Origin: Candidatus Thorarchaeota archaeon
GTDB lineage: Archaea > Asgardarchaeota > Thorarchaeia > Thorarchaeales > Thorarchaeaceae
Length of the DNA: 64,000 nucleotides
Reading direction: 5' to 3'
NCBI GenBank assembly: GCA_029855935.1
Contig: JAGSHN010000018.1
Location: forward strand, 32,001-96,000
Positions within the stretch are counted from its first letter, which is position 1. Every line of letters begins with the position of its first letter. The position numbers and the translations under genes are program-made. Positions 9,699 to 20,400 of the stretch are shown one piece after another. The notes below the pieces were generated by a model. The model made no database searches. It was not told the origin of the DNA and saw nothing but the letters and a program-made list of their open reading frames with translations.

Positions 9699-12605
9699 AT
9701 GATACCAATGACGAGGCCGATCAAGATACAGGCTCTACTTGTGCTTCTGATGATGATCTCACCACTCTTCGCCCCCCTCATTCAGCAGGGGACAGCCCGA
9801 GTCACGCCCTCGACAAGACTCGGTGTTCTCTCGCCCACGTTGGCGGACCGGATAGCGGAGGAACGTGATGACACCCCCATACCAATCATTGTGAGATTCC
9901 CTGACGGGACAGATCCCACCACAATGCTGAGCATCATTGAGACCTATGGCAGAGGTCTCACGGTGAGACATGTCTTTCATCTCGTACCATATGTCTCAGC
10001 CTATGCTCCCGCAAGAGCTATCCACGCACTCGCGTCTTCAGGGCTGGTGACACAGGTCGGCCTCGACAAGAGAGTATCGGCCCTAGAGACTGCGCCAGAG
10101 CCAGTCTTCGAGGCAGAGAGTAACGTCACGTATCTCCACCCGACTGAGGCACTGGACGTGCGCCCGCTCTGGGAGCAAGGGTACAACGGTTCGGGTATCA
10201 CGGTGGCTGTGCTAGATAGCGGCGCCTGGGGAGGCCACCCGGATCTTCAGGGTCGAATCATAGGCTTCAAGGACCTCGTAAATGGCTTGGACGATATGAA
10301 TCCAAGTGATGGTATTGACGCGTACGATGACAATGGCCACGGCACAGCGACTGCTTGGCTCGTTGGAGGCACGGACAACGGTACGGGTATCTACAGCGGA
10401 ATCGCCCCGGGTGCTGACCTTCTCATCATCAAGATACTCGACGAGGATGGTACGACCGATCTATCGACAATGGCACAGGGTATAGAAACCGCTGTCGATC
10501 TCGGTGCTGACATCATCAGTCTCAGTGTCGGAGGCCAGTGGGAGGACACTGGCGAGGATGTGGCAGTCGAGAGCTGTGAGTCTGCGGTGGATGCTGGCGT
10601 CACTGTAGTGGTGGCCGCGGGCAACTCAGGACCTGCGGCCGAGACCATAGCCACACCGGGTGTTGCCACACGGGTCATCACTGTTGGGGCATCAATAGGA
10701 GACGGTGGCGTGATAGCCTTCAGCTCCAGGGGACCGGTCGTACGGACTCAGTCAGCCCCGCTCGGTAGAATCGTCAAGCCAGACATTGTTGCTCCGGGCT
10801 ACGAGGTGTTCTCAGGGAGATGGCCGAATGCCAGCGTTGCAGAGTATCCAGCGTACAACTCCACACAGTATGGCGGGCTCTACACAAGATGGTCAGGAAC
10901 GTCGGCAGCGACGCCGCAGATTGCGGGCGTTGCAGCTCTGCTCAAACAGAAATTCCTCACGTTGAACCCGCTCACCACAAAGGCCGCTATTATGGCGGGG
11001 GCCAACGACTTGCGTCAAGACCCAATGGCGCAGGGTGCTGGGCTTGCCAACGCAACGAGAGCAGCAGAGGTGATTCAAGAGACCTCAAGGATGATCACCA
11101 TCCTAGCCCCGAGGAGATACCCGACACTGCCCGAGGGACGGAATGCGTTCATCGTGGGCGAAGAGCGGGCACCTCTGAACGCAACGGTGATATCGACCGT
11201 GCGATACGAGAACACCGAAGTAGTGGTCAACGGCAACGTGAGCCAGTTCATCACGGTATCGCCGAGCACTTTTCTCACCAGGGTGGGCTACACATTCTTC
11301 ACCATCGGCCTCACAATACCGGACAATCTTCCCCTGTCCGCAGCCGGAAGGTACCTCGGCAATCTCACGCTGGTCACCGACTCGAACGTCATCGCAACAA
11401 TGGAGCTTGATCTTGCCATCACAACCTTTGGAGGGCGTGTGCTCATAGACATGTCGCATCACAGTCTGGACGATCCAGATGACCCATCGTACTACAGCTA
11501 CTTCAAGGACTATCTACGGGCCCGGGGAATTGTCAGTTCTTGGCTTGGCGACCCTCAGAATCCAGTGCTGGCCACTGACAGCACTCTCGGGGACGCGGAC
11601 GCCTTCCTCGTAATGGACACGGAGGTGCCCTACGCCCCTGAGGAGATCGATGCCATCCATCAATTCGTCGAGGATGGAGGGGTCCTCATAGTGCTCTCGG
11701 AATACTATGACAGTGAAACGGGTCAGGCCTCATTTGCAATCGACTCTTACAACGAACTGCTACAGCCGTACGGCATACAGTGCGAACGTTATACAACAGG
11801 CTACGTGCCATTCTCAGACTCAGGAATAGCATACGGCGTCGGCTATGGCGGCGTGGTGGACAACTCGTCGCCGCTGATGGACGACGTTGAGAGACTATAC
11901 ATCCTGATGGGAAGCGCGTTGACTGTTGATGAGAACAACTCAAATGCGCGGGGGCTCTTTTGGACAGACTCTACGAAGAGGCACGCACTCGTCGCGACCG
12001 CCACTGAAGGCAAGGGACAGGTGCTTGTGATAGCGGACGGCTCCACACTCTATGATACAACCATCTATGATGCCATCAGGTCTGGTGCCGATAATCTCAA
12101 GTTCCTTGAGAATGTCGCGTCATGGATTAATCCTGTCAGACCCCGAGTCTATGATGTCATACTTGAGGCAGGAGAGATAGGCGAGACGGCGAACCTGACC
12201 GCGTATATCTTTGATGACGACCTTGAGGACGTGAGGATCACGGTCACGACCCCGCTGGGCGAGCTCGTCAACACCACGATGACTGAAACTCTCGGCTACA
12301 GGTACCACGTGAACTTCACAATGGCAAGCGCAGGATTCTATGATGTGACTATTGTGGCCCGCGACAGCGCTGGCAACGTACGCACGTTCACAAAGACAAT
12401 ACTGGTGCCAGTCGAACCCGTTGATGAGTCGTTCGCTAGAAATGTCATGATTGCTCTTCTTGCCGTTGCAGGACTCGCTCTATGCTATGTCGCGGTGATC
12501 AAGTTCGGAGTGCGAAGACCAAGAGTCAGACGGCGAAGTGAGGACGAGGAGTGGGAGATACCGATAGCTCCCCCCGGGCAGGGGGCTCCACCAGAGATAG
12601 AGTGA
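9699..12605 (+). CDS. S8 subtilase with GIFT/GATase-like domain and TM (Site-1-protease-like architecture)
   Basis: VLDSG, HGTATA, AAGNSG, GTSAATP; RVLIDMSHH...DTEVPYAPEEI domain; TM plus basic tail. Confidence 0.9.
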   Translation: MIPMTRPIKIQALLVLLMMISPLFAPLIQQGTARVTPSTRLGVLSPTLADRIAEERDDTPIPIIVRFPDGTDPTTMLSIIETYGRGLTVRHVFHLVPYVSAYAPARAIHALASSGLVTQVGLDKRVSALETAPEPVFEAESNVTYLHPTEALDVRPLWEQGYNGSGITVAVLDSGAWGGHPDLQGRIIGFKDLVNGLDDMNPSDGIDAYDDNGHGTATAWLVGGTDNGTGIYSGIAPGADLLIIKILDEDGTTDLSTMAQGIETAVDLGADIISLSVGGQWEDTGEDVAVESCESAVDAGVTVVVAAGNSGPAAETIATPGVATRVITVGASIGDGGVIAFSSRGPVVRTQSAPLGRIVKPDIVAPGYEVFSGRWPNASVAEYPAYNSTQYGGLYTRWSGTSAATPQIAGVAALLKQKFLTLNPLTTKAAIMAGANDLRQDPMAQGAGLANATRAAEVIQETSRMITILAPRRYPTLPEGRNAFIVGEERAPLNATVISTVRYENTEVVVNGNVSQFITVSPSTFLTRVGYTFFTIGLTIPDNLPLSAAGRYLGNLTLVTDSNVIATMELDLAITTFGGRVLIDMSHHSLDDPDDPSYYSYFKDYLRARGIVSSWLGDPQNPVLATDSTLGDADAFLVMDTEVPYAPEEIDAIHQFVEDGGVLIVLSEYYDSETGQASFAIDSYNELLQPYGIQCERYTTGYVPFSDSGIAYGVGYGGVVDNSSPLMDDVERLYILMGSALTVDENNSNARGLFWTDSTKRHALVATATEGKGQVLVIADGSTLYDTTIYDAIRSGADNLKFLENVASWINPVRPRVYDVILEAGEIGETANLTAYIFDDDLEDVRITVTTPLGELVNTTMTETLGYRYHVNFTMASAGFYDVTIVARDSAGNVRTFTKTILVPVEPVDESFARNVMIALLAVAGLALCYVAVIKFGVRRPRVRRRSEDEEWEIPIAPPGQGAPPEIE

Positions 12606-12625
12606 CGATTCCAAGCCCCGCTGGC

Positions 12626-13924
12626 TCATTCAATGGGTCCAAGTACGTGCTCCAGATACGAACGCAGCGCAGCGTGCCTGAAGGGCGGGAGTGGGTGCTC
12701 GGACAATGTCGACCCGATCTTCACGCGGTTCAGCAACTGAATTCCCACTCGCGAGGCCATTCGGCTCGAGATCACCTGCCCGCCCACTAGTCGGCCTCCC
12801 GGCGTCGTCAGAAGAGCCACATCAGTGAACTCCGCGCTGTCCCTCAGGAAATGAGCCGAAACTTCGACTCCGAGCGACTTGGCAACGGCTGTGGACTCCC
12901 CGACCGTGACGATCTCGGTTCCGAAGATCCGGTCATACTGGAATCTCAGGAGTACATCATCATAGAGCCTGTCCTTGCCAAGCGCTGCCGAGGCAGCCTG
13001 ACGACCTGCCCGTGCTGCAGTGCTGCCGACAGGCATCAAGAGAGGTCGGCCGGTCAGAAAGTCCCGCATCTCGACACAGTCACCAGCAGCATAGACGTCT
13101 CTGCTCGACGTTCTCATGTACTCGTCGACAACAATACCTCCAAGCGCACCAACCTCAAGACCAAGCGCGCGTGCCAGAGTCGTGCTAGGGCGCACGCCCG
13201 TGGCGAGGACGACGAGGTCGCAATCAATCGTCTCGTTCCCAAGATCTACTGCACGTACCCGACTGTCACCGACCAGTCTCTTCAGCGGACTGTCTTCGTG
13301 TACGGCCACGTCTCCGGGAAGACGTGCCAATAGACGGTCGGTCATCTCCGGCTCCAGTAGCCGACCGAGAACACGAAACGCCTCTACTATGTGAACCTCA
13401 AGTCCCAGGTTTCGGAGCCGTTCCGCTGTCTCAAGTCCGCTGAAACCTGCGCCCACCACTGTGGCGGTTGAGGCCCCCTCGGCGGCCTCCGAGATGCGCA
13501 TTGCGTCTGCAAGGCCCCTCAGAGTGAAGACGCCATTGAGATCAACGCCCGGAACTGGAGGTACTAGAGGCTCACCACCAGTGGCGAGAATCAGCCGGTC
13601 GTAGCTGATAGTCTCCTGCGGGCTGTCTCCGCCATCAACATCGGTAGCGACGAGCGAGTGCGACTGTGTGTCACCACCGATCACGCGCAGTCCCTGGCGC
13701 AGAACTATTCCCCTGTCAGTCAAGGAATCGGGTGACCAATAGTCTATCTCTAGTCCGTGATCGTCACGATGACGGAATGCTCTCGTCACTCCGGGCTTGC
13801 GATATGCAGGGAGCCGATCTGCTGAGACTATTTCAACATCGATGTCTGGTGACAGAGTCTTTGCGGTCACAGCGGCCGATGCTCCGGCGGGGCCGTACCC
13901 AACGATCACAATCTTCATCGTCAT
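12626..13924 (-). CDS. FAD-dependent NAD(P)H oxidoreductase (Nox/rubredoxin-reductase-like)
   Basis: GYGPAG, LILATG, VGAGFSGLE, YAAGDC motifs; ATGA overlap with the upstream subtilase stop. Confidence 0.85.
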   Translation of the reverse strand: MTMKIVIVGYGPAGASAAVTAKTLSPDIDVEIVSADRLPAYRKPGVTRAFRHRDDHGLEIDYWSPDSLTDRGIVLRQGLRVIGGDTQSHSLVATDVDGGDSPQETISYDRLILATGGEPLVPPVPGVDLNGVFTLRGLADAMRISEAAEGASTATVVGAGFSGLETAERLRNLGLEVHIVEAFRVLGRLLEPEMTDRLLARLPGDVAVHEDSPLKRLVGDSRVRAVDLGNETIDCDLVVLATGVRPSTTLARALGLEVGALGGIVVDEYMRTSSRDVYAAGDCVEMRDFLTGRPLLMPVGSTAARAGRQAASAALGKDRLYDDVLLRFQYDRIFGTEIVTVGESTAVAKSLGVEVSAHFLRDSAEFTDVALLTTPGGRLVGGQVISSRMASRVGIQLLNRVKIGSTLSEHPLPPFRHAALRSYLEHVLGPIE

Positions 13925-16900
13925 ACCTCTCTGCGCGCAGCTCTCTTGGTCCGCCACAGGACGATTGTAACTGTGACTGCAAACACTGCCCCCGCTGGGA
14001 CTATCACTCTCGAGTAGTCGGACACCAAGTGAAGGACTCCCATAGGCTCTTCGATTGTATCACCGAAGATTGTCACAACGACGGCGTAGGTCTCGTAGTC
14101 GCCGACAGGCATCGAGCCCGTAGACAGTGTCAGTCCGTACACACCGTCTTCTACGGTACGAGAGGCGGAGATATTCCAGACCGCCTCAGATGACAGCCTG
14201 AAAGACACGTACACGTGGTCCACGTAGGCCCAGCCCTCCACAGTGATTGAGGCCGTTATCATCTCATCTATGAGCGGACCGACTGCAACCGTATCTGCGC
14301 CCAGGACCGCAGAAACAATGGCGATATGCGGAGATGTTGCCTGCGACAAGAGCAGCGGCGGCAACGTGAACTGGCTGTGACCGTCAGTGACATCTATCAC
14401 AATCACAGGGTCGAAGCTGTGATTGACTGTAGTGAGGTCAATATCTATCGCCACATTCGCATCACCTGTGCTCCCACCTGAGAGGAGAGGAGTTCCATCC
14501 TCTGTGGATCCAGAGTAGACATGGTACGAGTACGCCATGCCTGTAGACGGAGTGTCAAGGTCCACCGCTGTGAATTGTGTGTGCCAGACCCCGTCATCAC
14601 CCAAGTTGGAGGAGAGTGAACACACCAGCGGCCGCCAAATGTCAGAGATCACGAGCGAGCCCGACGAGTCCGACTCGGGACCGGTTGTGCTCTCCACCGA
14701 TACCTCGAAGGTGAAGGAAGGTGCAAGACTGGTCAGCAGACGTACAAACAACGTGTTGGAACTGTTCCGGACAAAGGCGTTCAATGAGGACGCGACAAAG
14801 CTGCTCCCATCCCATTCGTACACGGACGCACTCCCTCCAGTGACATTGATGAGAAGATCCACGCCATTGTCGCCTGTACTGCTGGAGCTGTCACGGTCCA
14901 CTGCCAACGTTGTGATGGTACCACCCGTGATGTCAGGTGCACCCCTCATAGTGATGGCGAAGTGGGCCTCTTGGAGAGAGGAGAAGACGCGGACGTTGAC
15001 AATGTCGATATCCTCGGGAAGACCGTTGTTCTCGGCTGGACCGTACACAGGGTTGACACCAAGCCAGTCGCTAATGTCAACGTCTGGACCCCACGGGACT
15101 GGCATCACGTGTCGAACTGAGGCAATAGCACTGACAGCACCATAGCCCATATCAGGCCGTGGAGGTTCATCGTAATGACTGCCATCGAGACCACCAGCCC
15201 CCTCGACAATAGCGGAATAGGCCTCCCAGGAGTCGGCTGAGGAGGAGGCCTGAAGAACAAGTGCAAGCAGGCCAGCAACGTGTGGACTTGCCATACTCGT
15301 CCCGCTCTTGATTGTCCAGAGGGAGGTCAGGCTGTTCCTGGCCGCAGTGATGGCAACACCAGGGGCCACAACGATGGGGCGGACCGCTCCATCCACACGA
15401 GGCCCCCGCCCTGAGCTTGATGACACACTGTTGAGCGAGTCGTCCACGGACCCCACCGCGATCCCGAGGTCAGCAGTCCCAGGAGAACTGACAGTGCGCG
15501 AGTTGTCAATGTGATCGAGGAAACGGAGGTTTGTGAGCCCCCAGTTTCCAGGCCAGACATAGCAGTCCATCACAACGTCATCTCCGGACGGGTTCGAGAC
15601 CACGAGCGACCAGTCGCCATTCTGCCACTCTGGCTGCTGGGATGGCAGCTGGACGATGAGGCGATTGGTGCCCCTCACACTCCTGTCGGCAAAGACATAG
15701 GCGTGTATCTCGTCCTCGTCGAGTTCGGAACTCATCCCTACAATCTCGCTGAACGTACCAATCTCAATCTGGCGGCCTGAAGGCGTCCGGAGATAGATCT
15801 GCTCATCACTGTCATCGCTGTACCACAGCGCGTTGAAGAATGAGTACTCGTCGGGGTTGTTGACTGCGAACGAAACACTCGCCGTTTCGCCAGCGTTGAC
15901 AGCCAGCCGCGCATGTTTCTGCGTGCCTGCGAGATTCCCAGTGGCCACAGTTGTGAGTACGCCATACTTTCGCAGCGCCTCGCTCACAGCCGCATCCTCT
16001 ATGTCGGTGCCATCAAGAAAACCTAGGAAACTCGAGAAAGACATGTTGATGACGTCAGCGCCATTCTCAATGGCGAAGTATACGGCCTCGATTATGTCCG
16101 CACTCATCAGAGGACTGCGAATCACCATGAGATCGGCGCCCGGTGCGACACCAATCATCGAAGTGTACCCAGGCTGACCTGCAGCGACAATGGATGCCAC
16201 GTGAGTGCCATGCCCATTGCTGTCCCCGACAAAGAGGGCATCGGTTGTCAGATTGACCCCTCTGACGTACACGTTGTCAGCGAACTGATCGAAGAGTATG
16301 GACACCTTCGGCTCGCCAAGAAGCATCACATCCTCGTCAGGTAGGGAGATTACACCATTGTGGTCATGGTCAACGCCGACAAGCCAGCGATCACCCTCAG
16401 CATAGTCGAACCGGCTGTTGCCCCGTGTGTCGATGTACAGGTACTCGTTCTCGGTCTCGATGACCCCGTTATGTGCGACCTCGACGACCTGTATCGGCCC
16501 CTCGTCGTCATCGGCGATGGAGTCGTTGTCGAGGTCAGCATAGAACTCAGAACCCTGTTGAAGAACGTTGATGGGTCCCTGGGTAACCCTCCAGAACGAG
16601 GGATGCAGCCACTGCACACCAGTGTCGAGTACGGCGACCGTGACCCCGGAGCCATCAACGGACTCGCCATCCACCGAGAGAGAGTTGTGAACGTCAATTG
16701 CACCAATTGCCGGGACAGACGACTCCAATGAGGGGACGAACCGGCGATCCCCAGAGTAGGCCCCAGTCAGGCCCATCTGGCCAAGACCGGTGAGAGAGGA
16801 CTTGCTCGTGACGCGCACCACGTATATTGACCCAACGTGAACTACATTGCCGTTCCTCATCTCGGGTCTGATGCCAAGACTCCGCATTGCAGAGAGCTCA

Positions 16901-17163
16901 GATGCTGATAGCTCGTGCGAGAATCTCAACAGTGCACGTACACCCTGATCCCCGGTGGTTGCGGGCGAGCTCTGTAGCCTGTTGAGTTCCGCTGCCAGAG
17001 TGGAATCGACAATTGGCGAAACAGAGAGGGCAGGAGCAACGGACATCGGCGACCTGGGCACCTGTGTTGAGATCGCCCCTGCAGAGAATGGTGAGAGGGT
17101 ACAGAGTAGGACTGAGAATACCAGAAGAACCCTTGCAGACGACACGCGTAGCTTCACCGCCAT
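13921..17163 (-). CDS. membrane-anchored S8 subtilase with Asp-rich insertion, 1080 aa
   Basis: VLDTG, HGTHVAS, GTSMASPHVAG; DxDxDG-type loops between Asp and His; C-terminal TM. Confidence 0.9.
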   Translation of the reverse strand: MAVKLRVSSARVLLVFSVLLCTLSPFSAGAISTQVPRSPMSVAPALSVSPIVDSTLAAELNRLQSSPATTGDQGVRALLRFSHELSASELSAMRSLGIRPEMRNGNVVHVGSIYVVRVTSKSSLTGLGQMGLTGAYSGDRRFVPSLESSVPAIGAIDVHNSLSVDGESVDGSGVTVAVLDTGVQWLHPSFWRVTQGPINVLQQGSEFYADLDNDSIADDDEGPIQVVEVAHNGVIETENEYLYIDTRGNSRFDYAEGDRWLVGVDHDHNGVISLPDEDVMLLGEPKVSILFDQFADNVYVRGVNLTTDALFVGDSNGHGTHVASIVAAGQPGYTSMIGVAPGADLMVIRSPLMSADIIEAVYFAIENGADVINMSFSSFLGFLDGTDIEDAAVSEALRKYGVLTTVATGNLAGTQKHARLAVNAGETASVSFAVNNPDEYSFFNALWYSDDSDEQIYLRTPSGRQIEIGTFSEIVGMSSELDEDEIHAYVFADRSVRGTNRLIVQLPSQQPEWQNGDWSLVVSNPSGDDVVMDCYVWPGNWGLTNLRFLDHIDNSRTVSSPGTADLGIAVGSVDDSLNSVSSSSGRGPRVDGAVRPIVVAPGVAITAARNSLTSLWTIKSGTSMASPHVAGLLALVLQASSSADSWEAYSAIVEGAGGLDGSHYDEPPRPDMGYGAVSAIASVRHVMPVPWGPDVDISDWLGVNPVYGPAENNGLPEDIDIVNVRVFSSLQEAHFAITMRGAPDITGGTITTLAVDRDSSSSTGDNGVDLLINVTGGSASVYEWDGSSFVASSLNAFVRNSSNTLFVRLLTSLAPSFTFEVSVESTTGPESDSSGSLVISDIWRPLVCSLSSNLGDDGVWHTQFTAVDLDTPSTGMAYSYHVYSGSTEDGTPLLSGGSTGDANVAIDIDLTTVNHSFDPVIVIDVTDGHSQFTLPPLLLSQATSPHIAIVSAVLGADTVAVGPLIDEMITASITVEGWAYVDHVYVSFRLSSEAVWNISASRTVEDGVYGLTLSTGSMPVGDYETYAVVVTIFGDTIEEPMGVLHLVSDYSRVIVPAGAVFAVTVTIVLWRTKRAARREV

Positions 17164-17459
17164 CCTCTCTCACTGTTCCCAAGGGGCTGATATGCTTTGC
17201 CGAACGCGGTGACGGGACGCGCGTCAATCTCCGAACAGGACCGAAGGCGAGTGATCTGCCGAGCACCCTACAGGGGCCCAACCAGACAGGCAACCCGGGG
17301 TGCGCACCCCGCCGCTGAAGACTAGAGAATGCAATGAAACCGAAAAAGAACTAGTAGATTTCTCCGCAATACTTTTACGAAGAGCATCCGAGAGCCTGAC
17401 GAAACCCACCTATCAAGAATGGAGAGGAGAATACTCGGATTCCATTTGAGGTAACAGAG

Positions 17460-20400
17460 ATGAGAGCGAGCCGCATACTTCTCATCATGAGCCTGCTTCT
17501 GATGTCATCGCTGTTCGTTGTCAGTTTCTCGATGATGACGAGCACAACCAGCATCAGAGCAGAAGATGACAATTCTGATTCAGGTCTTGAAACTATATCG
17601 TTTCTTGAGCCAGTCAACAAGTTCGGGACGGCCACCTCGGTCTGGGACTACGTTGATGAACACTACAAGTCCAACTTGGGAAAAGTCACCGACTTCATCT
17701 ATATGACGCAGAATAACGACGACGCCGCAACGCTATCCGAGGCGGCATCGAGCTACGCCCTCTTGGAGTACCGCAGAACATGGAGTCCGTGGCTACCTGG
17801 CGGGTGGAGCTCGACCGGGGACTTCAAGCTCGTGAACACAGGGGGAGTCGACGGTGACGACTATGCAGGGTGTGGATTCGAGGAGCAGCATACAGCACAT
17901 GGAACACTCACCAGCCCCACCTACAACATGGCCGGAGTGGAGTCCTTCAAGTTCTCCGTATATCTGAAGGACTATAGACACGCCGGATCCTCCGCTGACC
18001 TGAAGGTCTACTTCAAGGACAGCTCGGGGAACTGGGACTACAAGTTCGACTTGGAGAACTGCGGCGAAGCGGATGCCAATGGATGGAGATACAAGGCAAT
18101 GACAGTCACTGACTCTCAGTACCTCCATGGCTCATTTCAAGTGAAATACGAGGCAACTCAGGTTGGCCAGTTCGAGATGGTAGGTGTGGACAACCACCGC
18201 ATCGAGAAGGGAGCCAATCACGGTCTGGACCAAGAGTTCCGCTTCACGAACGTTGACTACAACAGGTTTGCGGACGAGCGCCTGACAATCTATTCTTCCC
18301 CTCTAGGGGGCGAGAACATGATAGCCCAGTGCTGGACGGGATCATCGTGGCATACTCTCGGATCTATCAGCTCGAGCCCTCAGACCTTCAATGTTCACGA
18401 CTACCTCAACTCCGACACGTTCCGTGTGCGACTGATTGATGAAACGAGAGGCGGTGACTGGACAAGGAACAAATGGTACATCTCAAGGATGTACCTCTAT
18501 CTCTCAAATGCCATACCCACGCATCCGTACACACCAACGTCCGACTCACTGTATGACGGAGGGGTGTTCTATGCCCGACAGTCACCGCACAGCTCGAACT
18601 ATGCATATATCACTACCAAGCACGTCGATGATGACGGATACGGCGACATTGACTACTGCTACATCATCGGGCGCGTCAGCGGAACAGTGAGATGGAAAGC
18701 ACGGTACACCCCGGCTGGGAACCAGTGGACGATAATCAGCGGTTCCTCGTATATTGATCTCGGCCCCGGGAGTGTGATCAAGAGTGGCACAACCATCACC
18801 ATAACGTGGCACATCAGGTTCGACTGGAACCATCCGGACACCAATGACCTAGACATAGGACTAGAGACCGATGACGGCGTGTCCGATGTCACAACATACT
18901 TCCCAACAAACTGGGACGTAGAAACCGGCTTGGAGCTGATATATCACGGTGTGACAGATTCACGCGTCGACGTGGGAGGCTCTCTCTCTGTCACAGGCGA
19001 TATCAGATACTATGGATCGGCCTCTAACATAGCACCCGACCCATCAGAGGTAGAGGTCTATGTGACAAGAAGCCTGACCTCGTCAGCCAGCTGGACTGGA
19101 ACTCCGAACGGCGATGGAACCTTCTCAGTGCCAGTGTCTGTCGATACCTACGTCAGCAACAACAGATTCTCATACCAAGTGAGAGACACGGTGCATCACG
19201 TGAACCGGCTGACTGACCCATACAGCGATGATGTGATAGGAGATAGAGTCAAGGTAACTGACATGCACTGCGATGATCCGCAGAATAGGACCGACGTGGG
19301 TGCCTCTGTGACCATCTATGCCACTCTCGTCTACGAATACGATGACACACCCGTGACGACAGGCACTGTGACGATAAACGGCATCACTGCAACCCACGAG
19401 GGGAGTGGTACGTGGTCCATCACACATTCTGAGAGCTCGGTGACATCGATCACGTTTGACACCGTGGCAATATCGGGAGACACGTACGGCCTCTCTGTTG
19501 TGAACCAGAACTCTCAGAGCGTCGAGGTGATATGGGACCAGATCATCGTGGGCGGATATTCTGTCGAGGACTCGTGGGTGAACATCGGCGCGACAGTTGA
19601 TGTCCACGTCACACTCACCTACGCCTACGATGGGGCCAACGTCACCGACGGTACCGTGACCCTCAACGGCTATTCTGCATCACACGTCAGCGGCAGCGCT
19701 TGGGTGGCCCCGGTCTCTCAGTCCGACGTGACAAGAATCATCTTCAACGACGTAGCGTGCAGTGGAAACCAGTACGGAATAACAGTGGTGGACCAGAATG
19801 GCCAACAACAGCCGGTGACCTGGGACAAGGTGACTGTACGCTCCTATTCGGTGACCGACGCGCGAGTCAACATAGGAGACTCCGTGACTATTCAGGTCGA
19901 GATAGAATACGAGTACGATGACACGGACGTTGTGGATGGCAGTGTCACAATCAACGGGATCTCGGCCACATACACTGGCAGCAATGGCGTATGGGAGATC
20001 ACTGTGACCCAGAGCACGGTACAGCAGGTGACCTACGACACTGTGGCGTGCGTGGGTAACGCCCACGGAATATCAGCCGTCGATCAGAACGGCCAATCGA
20101 CATCTGTCATCTGGGATGCGCTGGTGATCCACATAACAGACCCCACAGATCAGCGGATTGACATCGGGGCGAATGCCAGCGGCATCGCGGTGTCAGCAAC
20201 GTACGCTTACGACGGCGGTGCATATGACGGTTCACTGACGCTCAATGACACAACCTTCCAATTTGCGACGGTGGGAAGACGCGGGTACACTGTGTCCAGT
20301 GCAGCAGGCGACGACACCTATGGAATCTCTGTGATTCTCACCAATGACGAGACCTACTGCATCTGGGATGCACTTATCGTCCACTTGTCAGGCCCATCCG

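Noticed and set aside
17296-17311. Perfect 16-bp palindrome CGGGGTGCGCACCCCG in a divergent intergenic region
   Set aside because: Single GC-rich occurrence with no second copy; cannot be supported as an operator
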